DNA from: Octopus vulgaris
Taxonomy: Eukaryota
Direction: 5' to 3'
Assembly (NCBI GenBank): GCA_951406725.2
Contig: OX597818.1
Location: 105,152,001 to 105,216,000 of the forward strand
Length of the DNA stretch: 64,000 nucleotides
Shown: one piece after another, positions 49,423-63,329 of the stretch
Position numbering within the stretch: the stretch's first letter is position 1
Layout: every line of letters starts with the position of its first letter
The notes under the pieces: model-generated
What the model was told of the DNA's origin: nothing
What the model saw: the letters and a program-made list of their open reading frames with translations, nothing else
The model's database searches: none
Position numbers and translations under genes: made by a program

Positions 49423-50740
49423 GTAACTTTTCTGTTTTTCTATCATTTACTAAATTTTTCAGTTTGTGTGTTAAAAAAAAAACAAAAAAACAAATGAAAT
49501 TACCAAATGGACAAGGTATATAAATACCAGTTTATATTTCATGGGTTCATATTTGTTTTAAATGTTTTGGTGTATCTTAACAGAACTCTTAATATCACAT
49601 TGTTTCAATTTACACAGACTAGGCACAGACTGTTAAAGTCACCTATAATAGACTGCCCTCTTGTCTCTTAAGATAAATCTTTCAATCACTTAATGTAAGA
49701 TTCTATACTAGTTTTAGGGGTACTTGTAGTTAATGAAAAGTGTGTGAATTTACATGTGTAAAAACAAAATAGTACTGAAATTACTACAGAGCACTTATGG
49801 TTGAAGAATTGTAATCTTAGTTGCAAAAGCTCTTGAATTCTCCAATCATGTCTTGTTAAACAGTTGAGTTGATATTCTGTAAACAAACTGGTTGTGCATG
49901 GCTGATTGACAACTGCCAGATATATGTGAAACAGTAATAGGGGTGTCCTATGTTTATGCTACAGTTATGATGTTGAGGTTTTATTGTCCCCTCTACCTGA
50001 GCTGCTTCGGTCTCTCTTGTCTAACCTCCACCACCCTTGCTATTTCCCATCAACCACACCCCTACCTTTGTCACCCACTACTTTTAACTCTATCTCTAGC
50101 TATCCATTACTGTTTCTCAGACTTTTATGAAATGATCTACCATCTCATCCACCCCTTGATCCGCTGTCAGTATTCTCTCTTATATTCACCTTCATGTATT
50201 GTAAAGGTTTGCTCTAGCACATTGTTTCAACTGTTTTTATCTTAACTATACTGCTACCCACTTTTATATAATGTAGGGTAGCCCCATGTCTTCTCTATAG
50301 CAAGACATCTGTGCTTATCCTTCTATCATATTTAGCTTCTCAACACCTAGCATAAAGCCACTTCCCTCTCTTAAATATACCACACACCTAGTCAAGGGGT
50401 TTTCCTTTATCTTGTCATGCAAGTTACTTTGTGAAATTGCCAGTGTCAGCAGCATGGAAAGAAAAGCACCTAGTACACACTGTAAAGTAGTTGCCATTAG
50501 GAAGGGCATCCAACCATAGAAACCATACCAAAATCAACATTGGAACTAGATGCTGTCATACAATTTATCAGAAATTAGGCAGTGGTGCTAAGACAATCAA
50601 TTTAAGTGAAGCACTTGGAATAATTTATAATCATATTACTATATTGGTGAGATTATTTCTCTAATTTCCATAATATCCAGATTGCCCCTGTTGCAAGTTG
50701 TTGAAGTGAGCTATTTCTTTCAAAGCTATCATCTTGAAGC

Positions 50741-50794
<54 letters not shown>

Positions 50795-50828
50795 CATACA
50801 TACACATATATACACATATATACATTTA

Positions 50829-52040
50829 CAGGAGTTGGACAAAATAATGGAAACACCTTAAAGTTTCAGACAAACTTATTTTAATATGGGGTAGGACTGC
50901 CTTTAGCAGTAATTACTGCTTGAATTCTATGAGGTATGGATTCGTACAAAGTTTGAATTGTTTCCAAAGGAATTGTTTTGAATTCTTCAGCTGAAACAGT
51001 CTCCAGCTCTTGTAGTGATGATAGTGGAGTATATTGATTCCTTACTTGTTTTTCTAAAATGCACCATAAATATTCAATAATATTGAGATCTGGGGAGTGG
51101 TGACCAGATAAGATGTTCAATTTCACTAGATGGTTTCTTGTGCCATTCAGTAACAACTTTAGTTGTGTGAATTGATGTATTATCATCCTGAAAGATTGCG
51201 TTTCCCTCTGGAAACAGTTCTGCAACCATAGGATGAATTTGATGAGATAAAATGCTTAAATAGTCTTGACTATTAATTCTGCCATTAAGGGAAACCACTG
51301 GGCCGGCAGATTTCCAAGATACACACCCCCACCAGATCATTACAGATCCTCCTTCATGTTTAACAATTGCAAGAAGACAATCTAGGTCAAATGCTTCTTT
51401 TGGCTGTCTGCATACATATACTCGGCTGGTGGTCAGAAATAAGATAAAGGATGACTCGTCCAAGAAAATAACATTCTTGCACTGCTTTAGGGACCATTTG
51501 TTTTTGAAAGTAGTGGTTTTCTGATTGCAGCTCTCCCGTGAAATCTTTGTGAAAGCTTTGTGCAGCTCCTGGCAAACAGTTTTTGTGGAAACTGGGTTCT
51601 TGTGGTCATTAAGCTCTGCAGTAATTTTGGGAGGTGTACTTTTGTGATCCTTTATAACAATTCGCGTAAGAGTCCAATGATCCCTTTCTGAAAGTTTTGG
51701 TTTTCTTCTGGAGTTTTGTTTCAATGAGAAGGTTTTCCCTCTTTCTCAAAGGCTGTCATTACTTTCGAGACAGTACTTCTTGATACACCTAACATTTCGG
51801 CTGTTTTCCTTGCGCTAGCGCCTGCCATACGAGCACTTACAATTTGACCTCTTTGAAAGTCCGATAGATCTGTCATTTTAATTACCTTTTTCTGACATTA
51901 TCTGAAAAAAGAAAGCAATTTTAGCAAAACATATTAAGCAACACTAATAATAAATCAAAAACCTTAAAAATAAACAAGCTTTTGACAGTTTTATAGATAT
52001 TTCTGATGCTAGGTGTTTCCATTATTTTGTCCAACCACTG
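50829..52040 (-). mobile_element. Full-length Tc1 transposon, transposase frameshifted (ATG 51876 to stop 50881)
   Basis: 30-bp TIR cag(ga/tg)gttggacaaaataatggaaacacct with TA TSDs. Motifs MTDLSDFQRGQIV, FLDES, FQDDN, SPDLNIIEYLW and TPY*. Confidence 0.93.
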
Positions 52041-52049
52041 TATGTATAT

Positions 52050-52340
52050 ATATATATATATATATATAAAGATGAGAATGTGTATCTGTCTGTCTGTGTG
52101 AATCCTTAAAACTTGAGAACTACTCAACTGATTCATTCAAATTTTACACATGCTTTACTTAGGGTTCATGCTGTGTCATGTGCTAAAAAAATTTTCAGCT
52201 TCTTGCCTAATGCGAGCCCAAAGCAATCTCTTATCTCTTACACTATTTCAGTATTACATATCAAAAATGAAACAATAACATCTCTCTATTGTGAAGTGAG
52301 ATACTTTCAGACTATCAATACTGAAACTATTATCTCACAT
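52050..52340 (+). mobile_element. Non-autonomous Helitron-like 5' end fragment
   Basis: tatatataaa...(ctgt)n...aactactcaactgattcattcaaattttacaca layout, as in Helitron-derived interspersed elements. Confidence 0.35.
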
Positions 52341-52759
52341 ATATACATACATACATGCACACATATATTATGTATGTGTGTGTGTGTGTATATATGTATA
52401 TATATGTGTGTGTATTTATATATATGTACCATCTGCGCGTGATTGCTACCAGAACAGCTGACTAGCTTCCATGCCATGCACATAAAAAGCACCATACAAA
52501 CGTGATTGTTACTGGCGTCGCCTTACTGGCACATGAAAAATACTCGAGTGAGGTCATTGCGAGTGCCACTGGACTGGCTCCTGTGCAGGTGGCATGTAAA
52601 AAACACCACTTGAGCGTGGCCATTGCCAGTTCCGCCTTACTGGCCCTCTGGCTGGTGGCATGTAAAAGCACCCACTACACTCTCGGAGTGGTTGGCGTTA
52701 GGAGGGGCATCCAGCTGTAGAAACTCTGCCAGATCAGATTGGAGCCTGGTGCTACACTG

Positions 52760-55520
52760 TTATAACTGAGATCCTTCTCTAATATGTGGCACTTGATGTA
52801 GGATGGAATTTGATGTAGCTACCCTTATTTGCACCGCTTGCCATGAGGTAGGTTCGTCTGGGACTCTCGACAGGAAGAGGTCCAGCCTTGATTTAAAAAC
52901 GCCTACATCTACTTTGTGCAAGTTCCTCAAACTCTTTGGGAGAATATTAAAAAGCTGTGGGCCCCTGAAAGCCAGGCTGTTGCAGTAACTGGCTCTGAAG
53001 TGCGATGGCACTGTCGACCCGTTCAGGCATTAGTGTAGCTTTCAATGCTAAAATTTGGCACAATTCCTTCCAGGATCTTCCAGATGTATATTACTGCACT
53101 TCTCTCCTGCCTTCACTCCAAGGAGTAGAGTCTTAACTGTTTCAGCCTTTCCTAGTAGCTGAGCTGTTGCAAAGAGACAATCTTCTTTGTGAAGCTTCGC
53201 TGGATTGCTTCAAGGTCCACTGTTGATTTTACACTGTTGGGTGACCATAGCTGGGAGCAGTAATCCAGGCAGCTGAGGACGAATGTCCTCCATAGGACCA
53301 TCATCGTTTCCTTATCTTTGGTTCTGAATGTTCTTAGGATCCATCCAGCCAGTCGTCTGCATTTTGTCGCCATCCTGGTAATGTGCACTTGGAAAGAAGT
53401 ATCATCACTCATGTCAATACCCAGGTCCCTCACTGATTTAGGCTCTGGGATTGTAATTCCCTGTGGACCAGTGTACCCTGTAAATTTCATATTCAGTTTT
53501 GGGCGCTGGTAGCACAGGGCTTGGAATTTTTCAGCATTAAAATTCATATTATTATATTCAGCCCATCTGTAAATTGAGTTCAACTCCTCCCGCAAATGTG
53601 CAACATCACTGAGGCTCTGTATTTTCTGTGAGACTTTCGTATTGTTTGCTTAGCTAGCAAGGGTGGCTATCCATGCATTTGAAGGCATATCTGAGAGGGT
53701 CACTATGAAAAGCAGTGGTCCCAAGACAGTACCCTGTGGAACACCGCTCACTGTTTGTGTTTTCATAGAGTTGGCTCCATTGGCTACTACTACCTGACTT
53801 CTATCTTTCAGAAAGTCATGTAACCACTCTCCAAGTTTTCCAACTATGCCGAGATCACGTAGTTTGTGGCATATCATACCATGATCCACTTTGTCAAAAG
53901 CTTTTGCAAAATCAAGGTATATTACATCCACATTTGAGTTGAGTAACTACCTCAACACCCAGTCATAATGTTGTAAGAGCTGGGTCAGGCAGCTCCTACC
54001 TTGTTGAAAGCCATGCTAGGTATCACTCAGCAAGTTATTTTCTTCAAGAAATGCGATTAATGTTTCCCACTGACTATCTGTTCCATGACTTTGCTGATGT
54101 GTGAAGTCAGAGAGATAGGCCTGTAGTTTCTGGCATCTGTTCTGCTTTCCCCTTTGTGGATTGGGCATATTATTCCTTCTTTCAGCTTGCTTGGCAGTCT
54201 GCCATTTGCAGGAAAGCTCTGGAAGAGAATCTGGAGGGGTTTTGCCAGGGCATGCTTACACGATTTGAGGAGGATTGCTGGGAAACCATCATCCCAGCAG
54301 TTGAGTTTGTGTCCACTTCATCTATGGCTAGTAGTATATCTTCTTTGCTAATGTCAATGTATTCCATCATAACTACCTCGCTGGTTATAGGTGAGGCGGC
54401 AAAGAAGTCCACTGGTTCATTCATTTGTCTGTGTTCCAACAAGGTGGTATAGACACGTTTGAATTGGTCATTCAGTACCTCACTGATCCTGGGTGGACTA
54501 TATGTGAGGGAGTCATCCTTTTATAAGAGGGGTCCTATCTTGCAACGTACTGAGGCTGTTTCTTTTGTGTAATGAAAGAAGGCTTTTGAGTTTGACTTGA
54601 TGTTTTTTATAACCCAGGCTTCTTTGTTTGCTCTCTCCCTCAGATAGGATTGTTGCAGGCTTTTTTCAATCTCCATCAGTGTTGTTTTTAGGCAGGACCT
54701 TTCACTACTTTTGGGATGTTGGTTGAGTCGATTTGAAACCTTTGTCCGTTGTCTCAAGAGGATCTTTTTCTCCCTTGGAATCTCTGTTCCTATTTGATTT
54801 GGCCTTGTGCTCTGGGACATATTTCTGGCATATGGTCTGCACGACAGACCTGAAATATTCTGGTTTCATACAAATGTCTGGTGTGGAGAGACATTTCGGC
54901 CAGCCCTGTCTGAGGATCGATTTCCAGTCTGCTTTGTGGAAGTTCAGATTGGAGAGATTTCGGGTGCTTCTTGTATTTTCTGGCTACTTTCAGCCCAAAC
55001 ATAGACAGCTCTATTATGTTGTGATCTGAGACTAATTTCGGTGTCACTCTCACATCATGAACAATGTCCATATTGTTCGTGAAGCGAAGATCCAAAATGT
55101 CATTTGCCCTAGTTGGTCTGAGTACAACTTGCTCCATGAATAGGGCATTGGTGAGGTTGAGCAGGGACTCCACCCGTGCTTGTTTGCAATGAGTCATTCC
55201 TGAAAGCATGAGGCCTTTGGGCCACTTGACATTGGGAAAGTTGAAATCACCCATAAGAAATATGCTCACGTGGTGTTCAAACTTGCCTATGTGATTTGGA
55301 GCATCCAGTAGGCAATATGTATTGCATATGACTATATTGTGTTGTCTTATGTATACAATTAGAGTGTCACATACTGAATTTCAGTATGACAGTAAGACCT
55401 GGGGTGTGAGTTCATCATGGATGTATACAGCAACTCCACTATGACTCCTTTCCCTTCTGTCAGTTCGCAGCATGGCATATTTTGGCACCTGTACTTCTGA
55501 ATCCTCTATATCATTGGCTG
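52760..55520 (-). mobile_element. CR1-clade LINE (APE endonuclease plus RT), decayed
   Basis: APE motifs GDFNFP, ILDL.FTN and SDHNII. RT motifs DVIYLDFAKAFDKVDH and SGVPQGTVLGPLLF. Downstream motifs VRDLG and LDYCSQLWSP. Many stops and frameshifts. Confidence 0.9.
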
Positions 55521-55631
55521 TGGTGAAGTTCCATGAGTGCTTTGAATAGGGCTTGATTATGTATGTATATATGTGTAAATATATATATATATTATGTGTT
55601 TATGTATGTATATATATATATATATATATAT

Positions 55632-55670
<39 letters not shown>

Positions 55671-56515
55671 TATGTATGATAATAATAAAGGGTAAAAATC
55701 ATAAATGATTTTTATCAACTGGTCAGCAAGGAAATAAAACCTTGTAGGTAAATTAATATTAATATTTTATAATTATATTCATAATTATAACAAGGTCCTG
55801 GCTGGCGACTCACCATCCACTGAAATATAGACATCAAAAGACACATTCTTGGAGAAAACACTACATATAGGCTAGTAGAAGAAAGAAAATGAATTACAAA
55901 CTTTGGTTAACCGCAAACAAGATCGTGTCTCTGAGAATTTATGGTGACAATAGTGTCTTTTGACATCTATTTTTCAGTGGGTGGTGAGGCACAAGCCAAG
56001 CCCTTGATATGATTATGTATATGATTACAAAATATATATTACGTATATATTTATATATTATGTGAGGAGACCTATTGAGTCAAGTACATCAACTTCAAAA
56101 AAAAAAGCAGATGGAAATTGTAGTTGTAATATCTGTGCTGGTAAAAAGCACCATCCGAACGTGGCCGATGCCAGCGCCGCCTTGACTGGCTTCTGTGCTG
56201 GTGGCACGTAAAAAGCACCAACTGATCATGGCTGCTACCAGCTTCCCCTGGCACCTGTGCCAGTGGCACATAAAAAGCATCCACTGCACTCATGGAGTGG
56301 TTGGTGTTAGGAAGAGCATCCAGCTGTAGAAACACTGCTAGATCAGACTGGAGCCTGGTGCAGCCTCCTGGCTTCCCAGACCCTGGTCGAACCATCCAAC
56401 CCATGCTAGCATGGGAAATGGACGTTAGACGATGATGATGATATATACACTATATACATATATATATATCATCATCATCATCATCGTTTAACGTCCGCTT
56501 TCCATGCTAGCATGG

Positions 56516-57343
56516 GTATAAACAGAGGAAGGAGAAAGTCATCCAAAGAGAAATAATAATTTTAAAAATCAATATATCTTAAGATTATTGTAGTTATGTA
56601 GGAATGAAAAGGTATATAAATGAGGAATACATATATATATTTTCATACAAACATACCCATTGCTACATACATATTACATGTGTTGTGAAGGAAGGATTAT
56701 TGCAGTAGTTCGTATTTTTCTTTTATGTAATTGTAGTAATTATACACAAACATATATATTCATATAAGCATGCGATATGTTTTCTATTGAGGGCTTTAGA
56801 CAAAGGTCCACAATAAGTGGATTAGAGTTTGTCATGGCCTTTCAAAACAATCGATGACCAATTAGATTACGGGACTGACCATAGCCCCCCACCCACCCAC
56901 CCACCCACACACACACACTTCTCGCAGGATTTCAGCTACTCGATAAACAAAAAAATAACTGAAAATAATAAAGTAGCTTGATTAATACCCAGAAATTTAT
57001 TTTAGTACCAACTAATATCACAGGTATTAATATAAACTCTAACCCACTTATTGTGGACCTTTGTCTAAAGCCCTCAATAGAAAACATATTGTATGTTTGT
57101 ATATAATTATTACAATTATTTAAAAAGAAAAATACGAACTACTGCAATAATCTTCGCTTCTCAACACCTGTAATATGCATGTACCTATGGGTATGTTTGT
57201 ACATAAATATATATGTGTGTGTATGTAATACCTCATTTATATACCTTTTCATTCCTACATAACTACAATAATCTTAAGATATATTGATTTTTTAAATTCC
57301 AATATTATTTCTCTTTTGATAACTCCCCTTCCTCTGTTTATAC
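56516..57343. repeat. Long inverted repeat (arms 56516-56830 and 57034-57343, about 200-bp spacer)
   Basis: For example ttttctattgagggctttagacaaaggtccacaataagtgg versus ccacttattgtggacctttgtctaaagccctcaatagaaaa, with collinear matches out to gtataaacagaggaagg / ccttcctctgtttatac. Confidence 0.9.
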
Positions 57344-57460
57344 TTTATCTAATAAGAATATTATAATACACCTAATAATAATGATAATAAATTCCTTTGT
57401 AAAAGTGTGTATATATGTATGTATTTATATTTATAACCTAACCTTATAAACTTTCTAAAC

Positions 57461-57588
57461 TCTCTGATGAAGCCCAGAGACACACCCAAGTACCTTAATC
57501 TTATCTCCCATCTACCAAATACTTGTTCACTGAAGGGATGGAAGTAGAGTGGGGTGCTATGGCCTATTGGCTGGAAACAGCTGTAAGA
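57461..57588 (+). ncRNA. Degenerate hammerhead-like motif with extended stem II
   Basis: UCU-CUGAUGA-AGCC...(about 94 nt)...GGCU-G-GAAAC AGCU GUA-AGA. Core and palindromic stem III present, but stem I is only 3 bp and there is an extra G before GAAA. Confidence 0.45.
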
Positions 57589-58645
57589 TACTATCCTACT
57601 TTCTATGCTCTACATTATATATGTAAAGCATAATGTTATACATGTATGTATATTGTTATAATTGTTTTTTTTTTTAAATAAATAATTAGACATAATATCA
57701 TGTCTAAAAGTTGATGAATACTACCTCTTGATCCCCTCCACTTTCTTATTGCTGTATAAATTAAGGGTAAAAAAACTTTTTACACTCACCCTTTTATTAC
57801 ATTCAGTAGTATTGCCATGCAATGAAAAAACACTTGTGTATTAATTGGGTATTCTGCCAGCAGTATATTGGGTAGATATTATCCCTTAGTTGGTGGATTC
57901 ACAACCTCTAACTCTCTTGGAATTACATATATATATATGTTCTGGAACTGCAGAGAAAAAAACTAATCAATAATTTCACACAATATCATTTTCATTGTTT
58001 TGTTAAGTGAATGTGAACAAATCTCTGTAGTAAGTTAGGTTTATATCATAATTAATTCAAAAGGAAACTTGAAACAGTTATACATAAAATATGATCATGT
58101 TTCTTTGGTATTTCAAATCTATAACAGTTAGGCTCCAAAAAAGTGGTTGAATTGTTAATAATGGAAGCAATGATCAAAATCATACCAACAATAGTAGGCC
58201 AACCAACAAGTGGGATTTGCTAATTGTATTAGTGTAACAAACATAAGAAACTGAGCAAGTTATATATTTATCCACTTCATGCAGCTATCAATGCATTCAA
58301 CTACATGATGGCTAAAATTGGTCAGTGTAGATTTTTATTTTTAAGACAGACTGGAAGGGATTTAGTGTGGAAGTGTGATTGCCTGTATAACTGGGTAATG
58401 TTGTTTGTTAATGTTATGATATATATCTTAGAAAGTCTAGAATATACAGATTAACATATTAATTATATCAAGGATTAACATAGCTAAAAGAAAAAATAAT
58501 TATAAAACTGTTTAGAATATGCAGATTGTTATTTTGAAAAAGTTTTAAAACTGACTTGCTGAAATCATATAAATATAATTAAAAGTTTTTTTATCAACAT
58601 CTTCAAGAATTGCTTTGTTAAGATTAAGAAAATTTATGTCAACAG

Positions 58646-58782
58646 TTTGTGTCTACTGGTCGGGATACTGCCTGTGTTGAAGTACTCAGGGATATTGAAT
58701 CTAATGAAGAAATAACATGTTATTATGGAGAAGATTTCTTTGGTGATAAAAACTGCTTATGTGAATGTGTTACATGTGAGAG
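58646..58782 (+). CDS. KMT5B: Suv4-20/KMT5B coding exon 5 (SET C-terminus and post-SET Zn cysteines)
   Basis: Acceptor caacag|ttt. Reads [45 protein letters not shown](R). Donor ag|gtaagt. Confidence 0.97.
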
Positions 58783-59288
58783 GTAAGTAAATAATTTTGA
58801 GATTTTTCAAATACAAGCCAAAAAAAAATGTTCTGTATTGAACTATAGTTAATATTCTATTTCTTTAAATTATTACATTCATATTTTATTTTAATGCATG
58901 TTAAATACTTTCTCGGTATTTTTAATGTTGGTGCCACATGATCCAGTTCTTTGGTTTTAAATGATTTTATGATTGTAAATATACAGGACTCTTATAATGT
59001 TGAGGGAAGCCCTCTAACTGGTGTTGTGGCTGGATCAAATGTATAATCAGAGAATAGCAGTATATTCTGTATGTCTGAATAATATAGTATGTATGACTAA
59101 AAGACCTTTTCATAAGGTTCTTGAAGAAAGCTAAACAGCAGATAAAACCAGCTCCTTGCTTTTGTTTTATGCCAAAAATATGTTCCAAATCACTGCAGTG
59201 TATATCCAGAAAATTCAGGATATACTTGTGGAGAAATGATTTGGATACACTTTCATTAAATGAAATGAAAAAATGTGAAAGTGGTACT

Positions 59289-59348
59289 AAATAAATCAGT
59301 CCACAAGAATAGGTGCACTGAAGTTGGTACAGTTTCTGCATCTTCAGA
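59289..59348 (+). repeat. Intronic direct copy of part of Suv4-20 exon 7 (63610-63669)
   Basis: 60-nt ungapped match, 56 of 60 identical by manual alignment. Confidence 0.9.
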
Positions 59349-60031
59349 TCAAGCTTGAATAAACAAAAGTAGCAAAGCTAAGTTCTAATAAATGCATCTG
59401 ATAATACACAGGCAGCACTGAGAGGTTGGAGAAGAAACTATTTACAATACAGATAGATAAAATGAAGTTTTAGTAGTTGTTAAATAAGAATGTCATACTT
59501 GTTCATGGAGGAGTGCTATATCATACATTGTTGAACTACTGCTACAGTCGAAAGCCAACTTAGAAATTGTAATGAACTTAATGACTGAAGAAAGTAAGAA
59601 AACAGTTTCAAATAACTCAGTTGTCAAAAGACTATTTCTTACTGGGAATCATATGCTAATTTGTTAGCTGACAAAACTGTATATTGGTCTTGTTACCTTA
59701 AATATTCAAAAGGAATGTACTTTCAGTTTTGTAAGGAAGGTTTGGTTACTGTATTTTACTAAGCTTACTAATTGGTTCATGGCCTAGTGACAATGCTTAC
59801 TATCCAAGTTGGCCCTGGTTTAGCAGGCATTCCAGTCATGACTATCCTATAATTTTAGAAGTATTTAGGACTACATTGTTCAATATACCCTTTCATTACT
59901 TAAGATGTTGATGTGATTTGAGGGATTTTAGCTACTATTTCTAGCGGCTTCAGCCACTTTATAAGTGCTCCTGATTACCTCGTTTCTATTTTCTTTAACC
60001 ATTGCCATAAACGTGAATTTTTATCTTACAG

Positions 60032-60195
60032 GCGTAAAAAAGGTGCTTTTCAAGTAAAAGATCCACCTGGAAGCCCTGAACTGGACCAAGGTTACAAATT
60101 TCGGGATACTAATGATCGGATAAATAGAATGAAAAACCAGGCACTTCAGTCAAAAATGTCAATTAGGGTGAATGAGGCCTATATATCTGGAAATG
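60032..60195 (+). CDS. KMT5B: Suv4-20/KMT5B coding exon 6
   Basis: Acceptor ttacag|g. Reads RKKGAFQVKDPPGSPELDQGYKFRDTNDRINRMKNQALQSKMSIRVNEAYISGN, which continues the conserved CERR..GAF and Y..R.T..R..R motifs. Donor g|gtaggg, phase 1. Confidence 0.9.
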
Positions 60196-63100
60196 GTAGG
60201 TATTCTAAATATTTTTCTCATTTTGGTCTTTTGTGAGTGAAAAATGTGTGCCCGGATATGTTTCAATCCTACTGAAGATTTCCTGCACATCTTTCAAAAT
60301 TAGTGTCAGTATAAGGTTTTATGGCCTTCCTAAGGGAAAATACTTGCTCTTTACCCAAATGAATATCTTGGTCCAAAGAATTTCCAATTTACTCTTAGAC
60401 GTTTTCACTTTCTCCATGCTTCTCTTCATGTCCCTACCAAAATATTAGACATTTTGAAGTAACTAAATTATTTTTCTTCTTTTCACACGATGCTGCCGGT
60501 GGGCTTGCCATTCTGGAGAGTTTTTGTAAGAAGCCACCCCATTTGGAGCTGGAGCCTTTAAAGACAGATTAAACATTGCAAACAAACATGTAATATTCTC
60601 TTTAAATTTTCTATTATGGACTAGAGAAAAATCATTTCAAAATTATCATTTTACAATTTAAAAAGAAATATTTATTATGCAAAAAATAGTAGCTATTCGT
60701 AAATTGACCTTTTTCACAAGCTGCTGAAGCGTAGAAGGTTAGGGAATCTTTCAAGAAACAGAATTTCAGTTTTAGTTTGGTTTCTTAATATCCTTCAACT
60801 GCAACAGAATCTAACAACTTTATCAGCAGACCTTAAGCAGAGCAATTTTCCCATTAGGAACTGAAGTATTTCTAATGCTAACTAAGCTTCTCTTTCCTTG
60901 AGAATTTATGAATGTTTTAACTCCTACTCTCTCCCTTATATCTTTTCTTCCACTATATAAGTAACTGGGTTTTTTTTCTTATCTATTTAATTTCAATTAA
61001 TGTATTTTTTTAAGGCAAGGGAAAAAAATATGTCCGGCATTGTTTTATTCATAAAATGCCTAATTTCCACGTTTCAGCGGATTGTCAAACTTTTGTGAAA
61101 TAGGCATCTATTGTTCATATTTTTGGTGACAATGTTTTTTATTTATTAGAATGTGATGCCTGAATGCTATGTTTCATTTGGATTGCAGGAGGCTTCTTTT
61201 GTTTTACTTCTCTTTTCCTATTACCACATACCTTTTTATTTGTTTAACTTATGTATTAAAAGCAACAGCAATATTTATCTTCATTTTATTGATGCTCAAC
61301 AAATATAACAAGAATTAATCCTAGTTGAATGTTTATAAACAGATTTGTTATTTAAGAATAGCTTGGCTATTTTTAAAATCTTGATTGACTGAAACCAAAG
61401 ATGGCCAATTTGTATTTAAATCTGTAAAAGTATTTGAAAAGTGTAATTGTGGTATTATATGGTGAAATGATTTACATTTTGTTAAATGAACTATTAGGAT
61501 TAGAAAAAAATCTTAATAGTTCATTTCTGGTTATTTCAAGTTTATTCAGTGGACTTCAAAACATTCTGCATGCTATTGTAGTCATTAAGTACATAAGCAG
61601 GTAAGGATGTAATGATTTACCAAAAGTGCTCTATAAATGGTCTTTTTTTTTTTTACTGTACTCTAGCATTACATTAACAAGTATTAATAGTAAATGTAAA
61701 TGCATTATAATCTGTATAAGAATTTTGACCCTATTCCCTCTATTGTGCTGCGTCCTCTTAGTTAAATTTTAAAATTGCTGTGCTGTTATCAGTTGCATTG
61801 TAAAAATTTTTCCCCTTTGCTTATTTATTCATATTGTGATGTGAATTTATTGCTTGCTGCCTCTGCTTATTCAGGCCTCTAATTATCACTCTACCTTGAT
61901 GATTGCTTCTCAAAATAGCATTTGTGAGCTTTTTGTCTTTTTTTTATGTTAGGAAATTATACGTGATAATCCTTTATTTTTAATTATTTACCCTCAAGTG
62001 ACTGATCATGTTTTAAATCCAATGTAACCTGTATAGTCTAAGTTGTTATTTTAAAAATATCCCTTACTATAATGTTTATATATTTCTTCCTCTATAATCA
62101 CCTATGAAATATATTCTTATATAACATTTTTACATTAAAATAACAACTTTTTGTTTCAATTTATAACTTAGCCTATTGAAATTATTATTTTCTTGAAATA
62201 ATTCAGTTTAATTCATTGATTTGTGAGAAAATGATAGTAGGATTATAATAAACAATTATTTTAATGAATCTGGTATGATTTAGGCTACCTCTTCTTTAGA
62301 GAGCAAGAGTGACCAAATCAATAAGGTACTGGACAAACTAGTTAAAATTTAAGTTTGTACTTGTCTTGAATAATAAGATATCAAGTCAAGATGTTTATCT
62401 CTATACATCTGAGTCTACCTAAATAGGTAACATGAATTTTATAATTCATAACTGTAGGCAGCTGCTCTCTGAAATTGTTGTGAATATTTTGTTGGCTAAC
62501 AGTGCTGTGTTTTCAGATCCAATGTCAGGAATAAATAACTGAAATAAATTGGCATCTCGGTTTCTCTCCACTTGCGTTATGGAAACTAAAGATGGATTCT
62601 TGTGGATTTTTGTTAGTATTTGATGATTTGATCTGGATACTGAAAACTACAAAATTTCTATTTAAATTAACTATTTAACCTGCCTGTCAACAAGATTGTC
62701 AGCTCCTCCTCCAGGTCATGATACAAAATCATAATTATTCAGATATGTTTTTGTTTTTTTTTTTCACTTCCATTATGATGATTATTGACCTTTAGTGATA
62801 CAAGTCTCAAATCCTATTAGCTAAGGAATATAGTGTGTTCTCTCTATACAATTATCTTTCATAAAATGGATAAATAACTTCTGCAAGAATATATTTTTAA
62901 AATCAGAATCAAAATGATTAAGATATTTGTACATTTGACAAATTTAAAAAACCCATTTCAGAATCATATTTTACAATATAGTTAGTATTAAAATCTTTAA
63001 TTACCATTTAGTATACCAGTCAAGTAAATCTTAAGTGAATGATTAAAATATATGATTCAGCCAACTGAACATGTGAAAGAGCATCCTGACTTAATGTTTT

Positions 63101-63329
63101 AGAATATTAAATAGTATCTGAGTAGCCTTTATCAAAATGTATCTTCAAATAGTTTCTATAACAATATTCTTTTCAATTTTACAGAATTAATATTTCCAAA
63201 GCTTCTTTCTGCAGCTCTTCAATGTCCCAGATATTTTCACATGGTTAGCTTTGTATTTTTTTCTAACTCTTTTCATTTTAGTTAATGATTGCTATATGTA
63301 ATGTGCATTTTTCTCTTAATCTTTTACAG

